A stretch of DNA of 64,000 bases from Octopus vulgaris (GCA_951406725.2 OX597825.1:78740001-78804000); one strand, 5' to 3'; numbered from the stretch's first letter, positions 1 to 12,922 are shown. Notes: generated from the sequence alone by a model not told the origin. Translations and numbers: made by a program.

Positions 1-953
1 CGTCCAATCAACTGTTAATGAGTTGCAGTAATAGCCACGCATGCGCCGCATATTTTTTACATTTACATTTTTACATGTTTCAGTCATTTGACTGCGGCCA
101 TGCTGGGGCACTGCCTTTAGTCAAACAAATCGACCCCAAGACTTATTCTTTGTAAGCCTAGTACTTATTCTATCGATCTTTTTTGCCGAACCGCTGAGTT
201 TCAGGGGCATAAGCACACCAACACCAGTTGTCAAACAATGGTGGAGGAACAGAGACACAAAGTCACATACACATAAATATATATACATATATTTGATGGG
301 ATTCTTTCAGTTTCCATCCACCAAATCCACTCACAAGGCTTTGGTCAGCCCAAGGCTATAATAGAAGACACTTGCCCAAGGTGCCACGCAATGGGACTGA
401 ATCCGGAACTATGTGGTTGGTAAGCAAGCTACTTACCACACAGCCACTCCTGTGCCTATGAAATTTTGTTGGAAGTTGTTTGGATCACTTTAAAACCAGG
501 AGTTTGTATCGTAGAACCAAGAGAAGTCTCAGGCAAGATGGTATCAATGGGGTTAGCATGAACTTTTGATGGAAGTTTATATCAAAGTTTATATCAGTTT
601 CCGTCTACCAAATCCACTCGCAAGACTTTGGTCGGCCCGAGGCTATAGTAGAAGACATTTGCCCAAGGTGCCATGCAGTGGGACTGAACACGGAACCATA
701 TAGTTGGTAAGCAAGCTACTTATCACACAGCCACTCCTGTGCCTATAAATATAAATATCGGTTTGGTGGTGCAAACAGGAAAAGTAGAACTCAAAATAAG
801 AGTATATAGAGTATTGATTATCTTCATTTTAACGTGTGTGTTCTCAAAAAACTGACGATACTGTTTTAACCCCAGGAAGATATCTCCACTAGCTGGTTAT
901 TCAGTACGCTTTCGCACTTGATATTCATTGCAAGCGGGAGAGAACTCCTGCAA

Positions 954-1000
954 CCACCAGATCGCGTGATTTCGATCTTATTGGATCTCTTCAGCGGTGG
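954..1000 (-). ncRNA. Type I hammerhead ribozyme motif
   Basis: Minus strand: CCACCG CUGAAGA GAUC-CAAUAA-GAUC GAAA UC-ACGC-GA UC| UGGUGG; complete core and three stems. Confidence 0.75.
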
Positions 1001-1035
1001 GCACTCGTTTGCCAGTCATGGCATTAGTCTGATCT

Positions 1036-1271
1036 AAGGCGGCGAGCTGGCAGAAACGTTAGCACGCCGGGCGAAATGCGTAGCCGTATTTCGTCTGCCG
1101 TACGTTCTGAGTTCAAATTCCGCCGAGGTCGACTTTGCCTTTCATCCTTTCGGGGTCGATATATTAAGTACCAGTTACGCACTGAGGTCGATGTAATCGA
1201 CTTAATCCGTTTGTCTGTCCTTGTTTGTCCCCTCTGTGTTTAGCCCCTTGTGAGGTAATAAAGAAATAGGT
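1036..1271 (+). mobile_element. tRNA-derived SINE family A (Nin-like central domain). Other copies near 10021-10250(+), 35750-35985(+), 26505-26710(-), 42179-42597(-)
   Basis: B box GAGTTCAAATTCC; GCCTTTCATCCTTTCGGGGTCGAT..GTACCAG core; 13-bp TSD ATTAGTCTGATCT at 1023-1035 and 1272-1284. Confidence 0.8.
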
Positions 1272-1488
1272 ATTAGTCTGATCTCGCTTGCAATATATAG
1301 AAAATATAGTGCCATACAATCACAGGTTCTATAACCAGAAGCAATAAGTTTGATAAGTTCTAACGCACGAAACTATACGCCTTTGACTCACTCCGTTGCT
1401 TCTGCTAAATATCAATAAATATACATATATTTTTTTAATACATTGTGATTATAAGGGAAAGGTATAAGTGTTAGAGAGATTTTCTTAC

Positions 1489-1646
1489 CTGTACTTTCGA
1501 AGAATTTTCTGAGTTTTCTCAGTAGAGTCATTTCGATCATTTTCCATTAAATAATATTGCTCTTTGAGTTCTTTGAATTCTCTTAGAGCTTCTTTATCCA
1601 TTTCTGAATCTGTGACGTCAGACCGAGCTGATATGAGGCGTGGCAT
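1489..1646 (-). CDS. First coding exon of an ODAD1/CCDC114-CCDC63-like outer dynein arm docking protein; gene continues left out of the window
   Basis: Translates MPRLISARSDVTDSEMDKEALREFKELKEQYYLMENDRNDSTEKTQKILRKY, then AG|gtaag donor. Resembles from memory the CCDC114/CCDC63 N-terminus (SARS..E....E...L..QY..ME.DR). Acceptor tacag| at 1737/1738 implies an upstream non-coding exon. Confidence 0.7.
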
Positions 1647-1928
1647 TGTTAGTCCGGCAGTCTGGCAGGTTAGTAATCTGGTTGTCTGGTAATCTTATAA
1701 TCTCTAAGCAATTTGGTAATCTTGGAATATGGTAATCCTGTATATGAGACAATTTTCAGAAAAGAATGTCCACAAAAAAGCAATGTGGAATGAAGGGATT
1801 CACAAAGAGTATAAATACATATTGAAACAATATGCAAACGATTTCCATACATATTAGATATTGCCCAAACAATAAATTAAATGAAATATTGTCTCTGTGT
1901 GCTTGTGTGTATGTGTGTGTCTGTGTGT

Positions 1929-1980
<52 letters not shown>

Positions 1981-2005
1981 ACACACACACATATATATAT
2001 ATATA

Positions 2006-2241
2006 CCAGAGTAAGCACATAAATGCGAAACAAGGTGGAAAAATAGTAGTCGAATACCAAAGGTAGAGTAATATGCTTTATTAATAAGCAGCAAAAATAT
2101 AACAAAAAGGTGTTACTCAGAGTTTCACGTTCCCATTCGTCGGACAGTTTTTTTAGAATGTAAACAAAACTGTCGGACGAACGGGAACGTGAAACTCTGA
2201 GTAACAGCTTTTTGTTATATTTCTGTTGCTTTTTAATAAAG

Positions 2242-2245
<4 letters not shown>
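2006..2245. mobile_element. Asymmetric fold-back element with a variant HHR in each arm
   Basis: Arms about 2070-2150 and 2165-2245; CUGU CCGACGA AYG-GGAA-CGU GAAA CUC-U-GAG UA ACA. Confidence 0.55.
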
Positions 2246-2297
<52 letters not shown>

Positions 2298-3027
2298 GGT
2301 CCACATATACATATATGCGTGTATATATGTATTTATGATTTGGTATAAGTATATAATGCATGCATGATTGTATGCATGTTTATATAGCTAGATAAACTAG
2401 ATAAATAGATAGATATATAGATAGATACATTCATACATACATACATACATACATACATACATACATACATACATACACACACACATTACATACATACATA
2501 CATACATGCTTACAACAATACCTTGTTGTTGATGTTGAAATTCAATGGAGGAGCCTTGGATCTAGGTTAGAAACCAGCTCTTTCTCTATTGGCAAGAAAT
2601 CTTGAAATAAAACTGAGCAATGACACACACACACATACATGTATGAAAGTGTGTGGCTTACTGATGAGGATATTCGACTCGTGATCTTAAGACAATGAGT
2701 TCGATACCCACCGGTGCGTTATGTCTTGAGCAAGGCACTTCATTTCACATTATCACAGTCCGCTCAGCTGGCAAAAATGAGTAGCACCTGTATTTGAAAG
2801 GACCAGCCTTGTCACATTCCTTGTCACACTGAATCTCCCTGAGAAATACATTAAAGGTACGCGTATTTACGGAGTAATCAGCCACCTGCACATTAATTTC
2901 ACGAGCAGGCTGCTCTGTTGATCGGATCAGCATGAACACTCGTCGCCACAACCGACGGAGTACCAACAGCATGCATGTACGTATGCCTGTATGTATTATG
3001 CATGCATGTTTGTCTGCATGTGAGGGA

Positions 3028-3065
<38 letters not shown>

Positions 3066-3449
3066 AAGAGAGAGAGGAGAAATCTTGTATACTGAAAAGC
3101 CATTATTATTAACCATAATTAAATAATGTACTATATCTGACGATCAATTAAGCTCCCCAGCGAATTGAATCTACATAAAAGCATATCTAAATCGTATCTT
3201 TTATTTCTCGTATCGAAAATAATAGATCAATACATGCTTACGCAGATCGATATTACACCTGTAACAACCTGAACGACCTTAACAACAACAACGAGAGCAA
3301 CGAACCAGTTTAACGTTGATTGCAACAATTAAATAATAAGAGATGCCATGGGAATTATTGTCAGAGGTTTACACGGAGACAAAAGCAAAATCCCCAGAGT
3401 TTTACGGGAACAATACAATAACTATATGTGGCTGCATACACATATATAC

Positions 3450-3539
<90 letters not shown>

Positions 3540-3563
3540 GTATATATATATATATATGCATAC

Positions 3564-3600
<37 letters not shown>

Positions 3601-3625
3601 TACGTATATATATATATATGCATAC

Positions 3626-3728
<103 letters not shown>

Positions 3729-4852
3729 CATATATATATATAAATTATATTAGAGATAAAACCATTATTAGGCAAATCAAACAGTGAAAAACATAAACCA
3801 ATACATAAAAATAAATATAATTAATATAATATACAAAATATATAAAATATAAAATTTGAAATTTAAATTATTTAAATTTAAAATTTCTAATTTATATTTA
3901 TAAATTTTTATATTTTTTATATATTTTTTTTAATTTTAAATTCATAAATTTTTTAACTTTTAAACTTTTAATTAAAAATTTTTTTAATAAATTTAAATAT
4001 ATATAACTATCAAAAAGTATTAAAAAGTTTAATATAAGATAAGTAATATATATATAATGAATAGTAAATAATATATATATATATATATATATATACGTGC
4101 ATATGTGGGAACAGGACGTCACCAATGGTTCAAACAACATGGAATAAGTAAGCAAACGATTTAAATAGTAAACAACGAAGGAAAAAAATGTAGAACAGGA
4201 CAAGTAAACACAGAGAAAAGACCCTCATCAGTTGTCGGCTGTCTGTCTACTCCTCATTTCGAGCATTCAACGACAATATCGGTCTTCAAAGGCAGTTACG
4301 AAACCGAACGAAAACAAATATGGAGGGTCGTTAGACCAGAACGAGAGGAAAATGGTGAACGCTGGGAGAAACATTTTTTGAAAAGAGAAAAGATAGAAGA
4401 GAGAGAAAAAAACGCCCGTTCTTTTGAACGTCCGTGAAGGAAAAGAAAGATGGACGATGGACACGTGTGAGCAACGAGAGAGAGAGAGAGAGAGAGAGAG
4501 GAAGGGAGAAGGAAAGAGCGGAAGAGACAGACAGACAGAAAATAGTGAAAAACAGAGGGGAGAAGAGGGAATTAGAGGATGGAGGAAGAAAACAGAAGAG
4601 AGTAAAGAGTCGCATCAAAAGGATGAGGAAAAACTTACTTGGAAATGGATCCGTGACATTCAATTAAATAAATAGTAAATCATATCTATATATATATAAA
4701 TATATACATGCATATATGGGTACAGGACGTCACCAACCGTTCAAACAGCAAACAGCGAGGAAATAATAGAGAATAGAACAAGTAAACACAGAGAAAGGAT
4801 CCTTCATCAGTTGTCGGCTGTCTATCTACTCCTCATTTTGAGCATTCAACAA

Positions 4853-5410
4853 TATATGCATGTGTGTGTGTGTACGTATGTATGTATGTATATATATGTA
4901 GATATATGTGCATATATATATATGGATCTATATATATATATATATATATATACATACATGCGTGTATATATGTATCTACATATATATATATACGTGTATA
5001 TGCATATATATATATATACATATATACTTATATATATGCATATATATATATATACTTATGTATATACATATATATACATGCATATATACACACACACATA
5101 TATATACATATACATATATATACATGCATATATGCACACACATATATATACATATATATATACATATATATATACACATATATATATACATATACATACA
5201 TATATATATATGCATATATATATATACACACATATATATATACATATATGCATATATATATACACATATATATATATATACATACACATATATATATACA
5301 CATATATATATATATACATACACATATACATACATATATATACATACACATATATATATATGCATATATATATACACATATATATACATACATATACATA
5401 TATATATATA

Positions 5411-5452
<42 letters not shown>

Positions 5453-5477
5453 TATATATACACATATATATACATAC

Positions 5478-5531
<54 letters not shown>

Positions 5532-5533
5532 GC

Positions 5534-5569
<36 letters not shown>

Positions 5570-5929
5570 GCATATATATATATATACATATATATACATA
5601 CATATACATATATATATGCATATATATATATATACATACATATATATATATATGCATATATATATATACATATATATATATACATACATATACATATATA
5701 TGCATATACATACATATATATATACATACATATACATATATATATATGCATATACATACACATATATATACATACATATACATATATATATATGCATATA
5801 CATACACATATATATACATACATATATATATATGCATATATATATACATACATATATATATATGCATATATATATATACATGCATATATATATATATATA
5901 CATACATATATATATACATACATATATAT

Positions 5930-5970
<41 letters not shown>

Positions 5971-6082
5971 CATATATATATGCATATATATTTATACATA
6001 CATATATATATGCATATATATTTATACATACATACATACATACGTGTACATATACATACATATACATACATACATATATATA
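4853..6082. repeat. About 1.2-kb (TA)n/(TACA)/(TGCA) compound microsatellite; another at 3440-3742
   Basis: Seen directly; source of the poly-YI ORFs. Confidence 0.95.
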
Positions 6083-6867
6083 AGCTGTCAGCCGCTACGG
6101 CCTGAGTTCAAATTCCACCGAGGTCGTCTTTGCTTTTATCCTTCGGGATCGATAAATTAAGTACCAGTTACGCAGTTGGGTTTATGTAATCGATTTATCC
6201 CCATCCCCAAAATTTCAGACGTTATATCTATAGTAAAAAGGACATACATACATACCAGGAGTATTCCTGTCGTGACCACCCTAAGCGTTTTGTGTTTTTA
6301 TTTTTCAGAAATTAATGTGACAGAAGTATTTAGAAGTACATTTATTACGTTTTTCCCTTTTTTAAGACTGCAAGGAGAGATTTACGATAGATTTGGCTGC
6401 TGTTTCTAACTGGGAGGCTGACCATGTAGACGTTTCTCTATTTGTTGATGCTGTCGATAGTTAGAAGGGAGAAATGAAAGAAAGAAAAGGGCTTGGGAGT
6501 GAATAGAGCAGCCTTAGCTGAGCTGCCGACTGATCAAAGCCGTTCCAACTGTGACCCTCCTGTCATTTTTTGCTTTGTGTTTTGTTTACTTGTTTGTTTT
6601 TGTTTTTTGTTTTTTATATTTTTTAAGGGTAAAAGAAGGAAGAGAGTATCTAAGACACAGACATCCTTTCTGCTGTAAATATTTATATTTTGGGACTCTG
6701 ATGCCATGATAATCTGGTTATACAACAACAACAACAATAATACCTTCTTTTATTGGCCACAAGGGCCGAAATAATACAATGATAATAATAATAATATTAA
6801 TAATAATAACAATAACAACAATAATAAAAGAGCAATTACTCTAATATCTCTTTTAACATCTACTTAC

Positions 6868-6962
6868 ATTCAATGAATTCCGAAAATAGTCGAGTCGGTT
6901 GCTGCTGAGTTAACAGAATTGTGTAAACAACACCTTGTCTCGTCACAGTTGCCAACAGCAAC
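6868..6962 (-). promoter_or_regulatory. Candidate non-coding exon 1 and ciliary-gene promoter (RFX X-box plus forkhead site) of the ODAD1-like gene
   Basis: Minus-strand donor AAT|gtaagt at 6867; GTTGCC-AAC-AGCAAC at 6948-6962 fits X-box GTNRCC(N0-3)RGYAAC; TGTAAACAA at 6922-6930; short repeat-free island. Confidence 0.45.
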
Positions 6963-7684
6963 AGGTACTATTCGGTAATTAAAAGGAAGGGGGAACAACT
7001 AGGGCTTTAGAGTTACGTCCCTTAAAAGAAGAAGCGATAAAGGCTTTTGCGTGAAAGGCTGTCTGGTTAAGAAACTCGCTTTACGACTACACGGTTTCGC
7101 GTTCGATATCATTGTACTGCTCTTTTAACAAAGAGTTTTTTATGGTACCATAAAAATTGACCGATGCTTCGTAGAATTTGTGTGGTTGTGGCAGTAGGAG
7201 TTTCTGAAAATATGTTGCATTTAGAAGTTGTGTTCGGAAGAGCTGAGCATATATTCAATTCCTTAATCTTCATATTCTACCATTTTTGGGGGAGCTTGTT
7301 TAAAGTATCTTTAAGCATTTGTTTCATTGATCCCCAGTTCATGCCGCCGAGTACAGTTCTCTGTGGACTGGTCTAGTTGGGTTTTCACACTTGATTCAAC
7401 CTCTTTATTATTGGCCTCATTTTTTTGATTCCACTTTAACCCTTTCCCCTTTCGTTTCCAAAAACTTCGCAATGAAATCATAACCAGCTTCTGAGGACAA
7501 CTCAACAGCTGTCTGATCTTCCTCATAGTTATATCTATCTGTATATTTGCATCTATCTATATCTCTATCCCTCTATACCTCTATCTCTTTATAGCTCAGC
7601 ACAGCACAGTATGGCATAGCATGAAAAATAGATTTTGGGTGATGATTTTTATCTATCATCTAATTTTATATATGTATGTATGTG

Positions 7685-7725
<41 letters not shown>

Positions 7726-7893
7726 AGCGCTCTGTCAGTTACGGCAGCAAGGGCCTCTGCTAATGCAGTCAACAGAACAGCTTGCCTGTGAAATTTCATG
7801 CTTCTTCGCTTCTTTCTTCCTCTCCTTATTCCTTTACTCCTGTCCTCTATGATGTCATTTCATTAATCTATTCCATTCTCATTTTCCCTATTT

Positions 7894-7949
7894 GTCTCTG
7901 ATGACGGAGTATCACATTCTCGGGGATATCCCAGAAACAGCTGTAAGAC
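7894..7949 (+). ncRNA. Type I hammerhead ribozyme motif (Penelope-type palindromic stem III)
   Basis: GUCU CUGAUGA [imperfect stem II] GAAA CAGCUG UA| AGAC. Confidence 0.65.
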
Positions 7950-10900
7950 TTTAATTTTTTTCCAATAATAATAATGTCTGTGACTTGAGATGTTTGCCTT
8001 GCCTTAACGTTTGTTGTCCTCTTTAACAATTTCTTTATATATAGCCACAGGCATTGCTCATGGTTGGTTAAGCAGTTTTCTTAACAAGAAATTTTGGTTC
8101 AGTCCCACTGCACATCATGGGCAAGTGTCTCCTAGTAGAGCCCCAAACCCATCAATGTTTCGAGGGAATTTGGTATCCTAGGTCTCACATTAAACTGCAT
8201 CTGGTGGTGAGGCTCCAGTTTGGGAATTCTGGAGTTGTAGGGAGCATGGTGTCACCCCTTAATACCACAGCTCCTAGGTCCATTCTGACCCAGAACAGCA
8301 ATACTTCTCAAGGTGCCATCTTTAGGACAGAAGAGTTTTGTGCTATCTGTGACAAAGGTCACAGTACTAGTCATATTGCCTTTCTTGTCACTGGAACCTA
8401 CTGTAGCAAACCAAGTGAGCTGCAAGTGTTGTACAAGCTTTTGTCATTTAAATCCAGTGATGTTTAGATGTCTCAACATCATAATGCAAGACGGTTATTT
8501 CACAAGATGAGGCAACAGCTCTATCTGTTTGTGCGTGTATTTTAGCACCTTGCAGTACTCAAGAAGACCTGTCCACTACAACAGAATTGATACCAGTGCT
8601 GGTAGCACGTAAAAAGCATTCAGTACACTCTGTAAAGTGGTTGGTGTTAGGAAGGACATCCAGCTGTAGAAACCATACCAAAGCTGACAAAGGAAGATGG
8701 TGCATCCCCTGGACTTACCAGATCCAGTCAAACCATCCATTCCAGCATGAAAAACAGATTTTGGATGATGATTTTTATCTATTTATACACATATATATGC
8801 TGAGAGCCCCTTCAGTCATGACTGGTCATGGGATTGCACCTAGTAAGTTACCCTCCCTAGACACAAGTCCAGGCAAGGTTGTTTATGGAAGACCAGCAGT
8901 TCACCCATGAATACTCAGCCTCCCCTCTCCACACCACCAGTGTTAATCCAAAGGAAAGGCAAAGGGGCCAATACAGCTTGGCACCAGTGATGTCACAACT
9001 CATTTCTACAGCTGAGTGAACTGGAGCAACGTGAAATAAAGTGTCTTGCTTAAGAATACAACATGCAGCCCAGTCTGGGATTCGAACTCACAACCTCACG
9101 ATCGTAAGCTCAACACTCTAACCACTGAGCTATGCGCCATCACATATATATATATATATGGAGCGCTATCGGTTGCAACAAGGACCCCAGCTGTTACATT
9201 CAACAGAACAGCTTGCTCGTGAAATTAACATGAAGTGGCTGAGCACTCCACAGACACATCCCCTCAACATAGTTCTCAGGGAGATTCAGCATGACACAGT
9301 GTGACAAGGCCGGCCCTTTGCAATACAAGTACAACTCACTTTTGCCAGCTGAGTGGAGTGGAGCAACGTGAAATAAAGTTTCCTTCTTAAGGACACATGT
9401 CGTCAGGAACTGAACTCATGAACTTACAATTGTGAGTCAAATGCCCTAACCACTAAGCCACACACCTTCACACAAACACACACACACACACACATATATA
9501 TCAGATCAGACTGGAGCCTGGTACAGCCTCCTGGCTTCCCAGACCCCAATCACAACCCATGCTAGCATGGAAGACGGATGCTAAATGATGATGATGATAT
9601 ATATGTATAAAATGGTGGAGGTGAAAAGTTGAGATTCTAGTTTTGTCACTGCTTCAACAAAATAGTGATGATGCTGACGTTCTGAGTTGGCACTCTGCCG
9701 GATCACACGACAATTTCAAAAGACCTGTGGAATAAGAATTCCTTGCTCAAAAAATGTATGATAAACAAACAAATGAATATAAATTTTTTGTTATTGTCCT
9801 GTTTAGTGAACTCTACATATTCATATCCAGTGTTGGTTTGTTTATGTCTCTGTACCTTAATTTACAAGAAAAAAATGTTGAAAGAATTAGTACCTGACTT
9901 TAAACAAGTATTAAAGGCAATCTAGTTGACTAAACTCAAGGAATTGTCCCTACAGGGGCTGCAATCCAATGACTGAAACAAATCATATAAACATAAATTA
10001 TATAATTATATAAACATAAAAGGCAGCGAGCTGGCAGAACCATTAGCACACCAGACGAAATGTTTTGCGGTATTTCATCTGCCGCTACGTTCTGAGTTCA
10101 AATTCCGCCGAGGTCGACTTTGCCTTTCATCCTTTCGGGATCGATAAATTAAGTACCAGTTACGCACTGGGGTCGATGTAACCGTCTTAATCCGTTTGTC
10201 TCTCCTTGTTCGTCCCCTCAGTGTTTAGCCCCTTGTGGGTAGTAAAGAAATCATATAAACACAAATTCAACCCTTTTCATACCAAACTGCCTCACTCTAC
10301 CCTTGGTTCTGTAATCCAAACTTCTTGATCTAAGTTAAAACCTTCCACCAAAAGTCCATGTTAATTCCTGTTCCAAACAAAGGTGGGTGAACTGACAGAA
10401 TTGTTACTCTATCAGATGAAATACTAAACAACATTTGTTCCAACTCTTTAGGTTTTTAGTTCAATCCCAGCCAAGCTCAACTTTACCTTTTGTCCTTTAA
10501 CCCTTTCTTTACCAACCTGGCCAAAACCGGCTCTGGCTCTGTAGTACAAATGTCTTGTTTTCATAAGTTTTGCATTAGAATATACCACCAAACCTTAGTC
10601 ACAATTTATATTCCTAACACTAGTTTAATGATAACTAAGTTATTTTACTAAATTCTTTGTTATATCTAAAGTAATTAAAAGAAACACAGACCATCTCAAA
10701 ATAAATACCGTAACAAAAGGGTTAAGGCCTGACAACATAATGTACCAAAGTACAAGGGTAATCCTCACCCTCGGAATTCTTGGCCTTGTGCCAAAATTAG
10801 AAAATCTATGTTCCATAATGACTCGAATATTTTACTTAATTCCATTATTTTACAAATTTATTGAAACAAAGGCAATGTATTTCATAAGGGTTCATGAGTT

Positions 10901-11008
10901 TAGACATTCAACAGATCAAACAACTGAATACGTATCACTGAACAAATGGTAGACCCACCAATGTGTCCCAAGTTGTGGGCCACAATCTTGCAGCAAGGTG
11001 CAGATGGT

Positions 11009-11517
11009 CATTATTTACATTTGACGGATATTTGTCCTCATCTTGTTTGTTGTTAACACAATGTTTCGGCTGATATACCCTCCAGCCTTCATCAGATGTA
11101 TTGGGGAAATTTCGACCCTGGGTTCTCATTCCTAAGGTATTTTTTGATATTATTATTATTCAGGTCACTGCCTGGAATCGAACTCGGAAACTTGGGGTTA
11201 GTAGCCCGCGCTCTTAACCATGACACTATGGGCATATGGCGTAGTGGTTAAGAGCGCAGGCCACTAACCCCAAGATTCTGAGTTCGATTCCAGGCAGTGA
11301 CCTGAATAATAATAATAATGATAATAATAATAATAATAATAACAACAACATCAAAAAAATACCTTAGGAATGAGAACCTAGGTTCAAAATTTCCCCAAGA
11401 CACCTGATGAAGGCTGGAGAGTATATCAGCCGAAACGTGTTAACAACAAACAAGATGAGGACAAATATCCATCAAATGTAAATAATGTACATAATTCCTC
11501 ATCTCTTAAATATAGAA
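11009..11517. mobile_element. Palindromic tRNA-headed, HHR-tailed retroelement (full copy)
   Basis: Inverted arms 11009-11220 and 11230-11517; A box TGGCGTAGTGG and B box GAGTTCGATTCC; CTGATGA-AGGCTG..CAGCC-GAAAC at 11404-11436. Confidence 0.75.
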
Positions 11518-11981
11518 TGGTGCAGGTGTTGCCAAGAAGCAGCACCTTGGGCAAGTCTTTTCTATTATAGACCAATGCTTTTTGAGTGGACTTGGAAGAC
11601 AGAAACTGAAATAAGCAACCAGTACACTCTATAAGGTGGCTGGCATTTGGAAGGGCATTCAGCTGTAGAAACCATACCAAAGTAGAGACTGAAGCTTGGC
11701 ACTGTCCTCTTGTTCATTGGTTCCTGTCAAACCATTCCACCCATGCCAGCACGGAAGACAGAAATTAAATAATAATGACAATGATATATAACACACACAC
11801 ACACACACATATATACACATAATAAGCATGCATATATACTCTATGAATCAGAAAAGAAAAAAAAAGCATATAAAGGGAGGAAGCAGAGGAGGAAGCAGAG
11901 GAGGAGGAAAGTTGACAAAGTGCAAAGGTCAGGTGAGAGAAATAAAGCTATACAACTACTCGCATGGTTGAGGTTTGAAAA

Positions 11982-12703
11982 TTTATTACAAGTCATTTAT
12001 TAATAAGTATCCAATAACTGGAATAATTTAAAACATTTTGTTTTCATTTCATTTTGTTGGTTGGTTGGTTGGTTGGTTGGTTGGTTTGCTGGGTTTTTTT
12101 GTTTATTTGGTTTGTCTGTTTTTGTTTTTGCTTTTCTTTCTTTTTCTTAAATTCATCTCAGCTATATGTTATAGGCTTTTTATTATTATTATTATTATTA
12201 TCACGTGAATGAACGAAGACGAACACCCCAGGAAAGACTGCAGTTGAGTCCTGTTAGCAGTGACCATGGCATGTGACCCTTGCAGATATCACAGTATGTG
12301 AGGCGAAGTCTTAGTGGAAGAGAGAAAGAGAAGGCAAAAGGAGAGGAGGAAAAAGGAGGAAGGAGGAAGATGAGGAGGAAAAGAGGAAGGAAACCGAGGA
12401 ATTTGTAGTGGTACACCTCTCTACATAAGTGCAACATTGCATTTACGTTATGAGGTAGGTGTTGTGGGTGGAGAGCAAAAGAGAGAGAGAGAGAGAAAAG
12501 AGAGGAGAGAGAAATATTTGGTAGTTGGACACGTGTGTATGGAGTTGAGTGCACACGCATACACACACGCACATGCAGGCATGCATACTTCTATGCATTA
12601 AAAAAAAAAGGTGAAATTCCCTTACATACACAATGCATATAGACACCAGTTTTGTAAACTGTGCGCGCGTGCACACACACATCCGTACACACAAGCACAC
12701 ATC

Positions 12704-12737
<34 letters not shown>

Positions 12738-12851
12738 TCCATGGCAACACAAGTCACTGATAGTGAGAAACAAGAAAACACAATAGATGAGGCCACTGCA
12801 ACAGATGTTATTTTCCAGAAAAAAAGACCCAAAACATCAATATAAAACAAG
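11982..12851 (-). other. UBE4B: Probable UBE4B 3'UTR with poly(A) signals
   Basis: Follows the stop at 12852; AATAAA on minus strand at 11997-12002 and 11982-11987, then T/GT-rich sequence. Confidence 0.5.
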
Positions 12852-12922
12852 TCAGGGGTCACTCTTCTTGCTGTTCAGCTTGTGTGCCATCCAAGTCTGT
12901 ATTTTTTCTTTCAGATGTGTAG
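12852..12922 (-). CDS. UBE4B: UBE4B terminal coding exon
   Basis: ttcgtag| (A)THLKEKIQTWMAHKLNSKKSDP*; matches U-box C-terminal helix (LKE.IQ.WM); phase 1 fits previous exon. Confidence 0.9.

Noticed and set aside
4811-6160. 300-450 aa YI/HT-rich ORFs (also 3343-3787 and 1756-2105)
   Set aside because: Translations of TA/CA microsatellites.
11230-11302. Functional tRNA gene
   Set aside because: Acceptor stem does not pair properly, and the sequence recurs as the head of a repeat.
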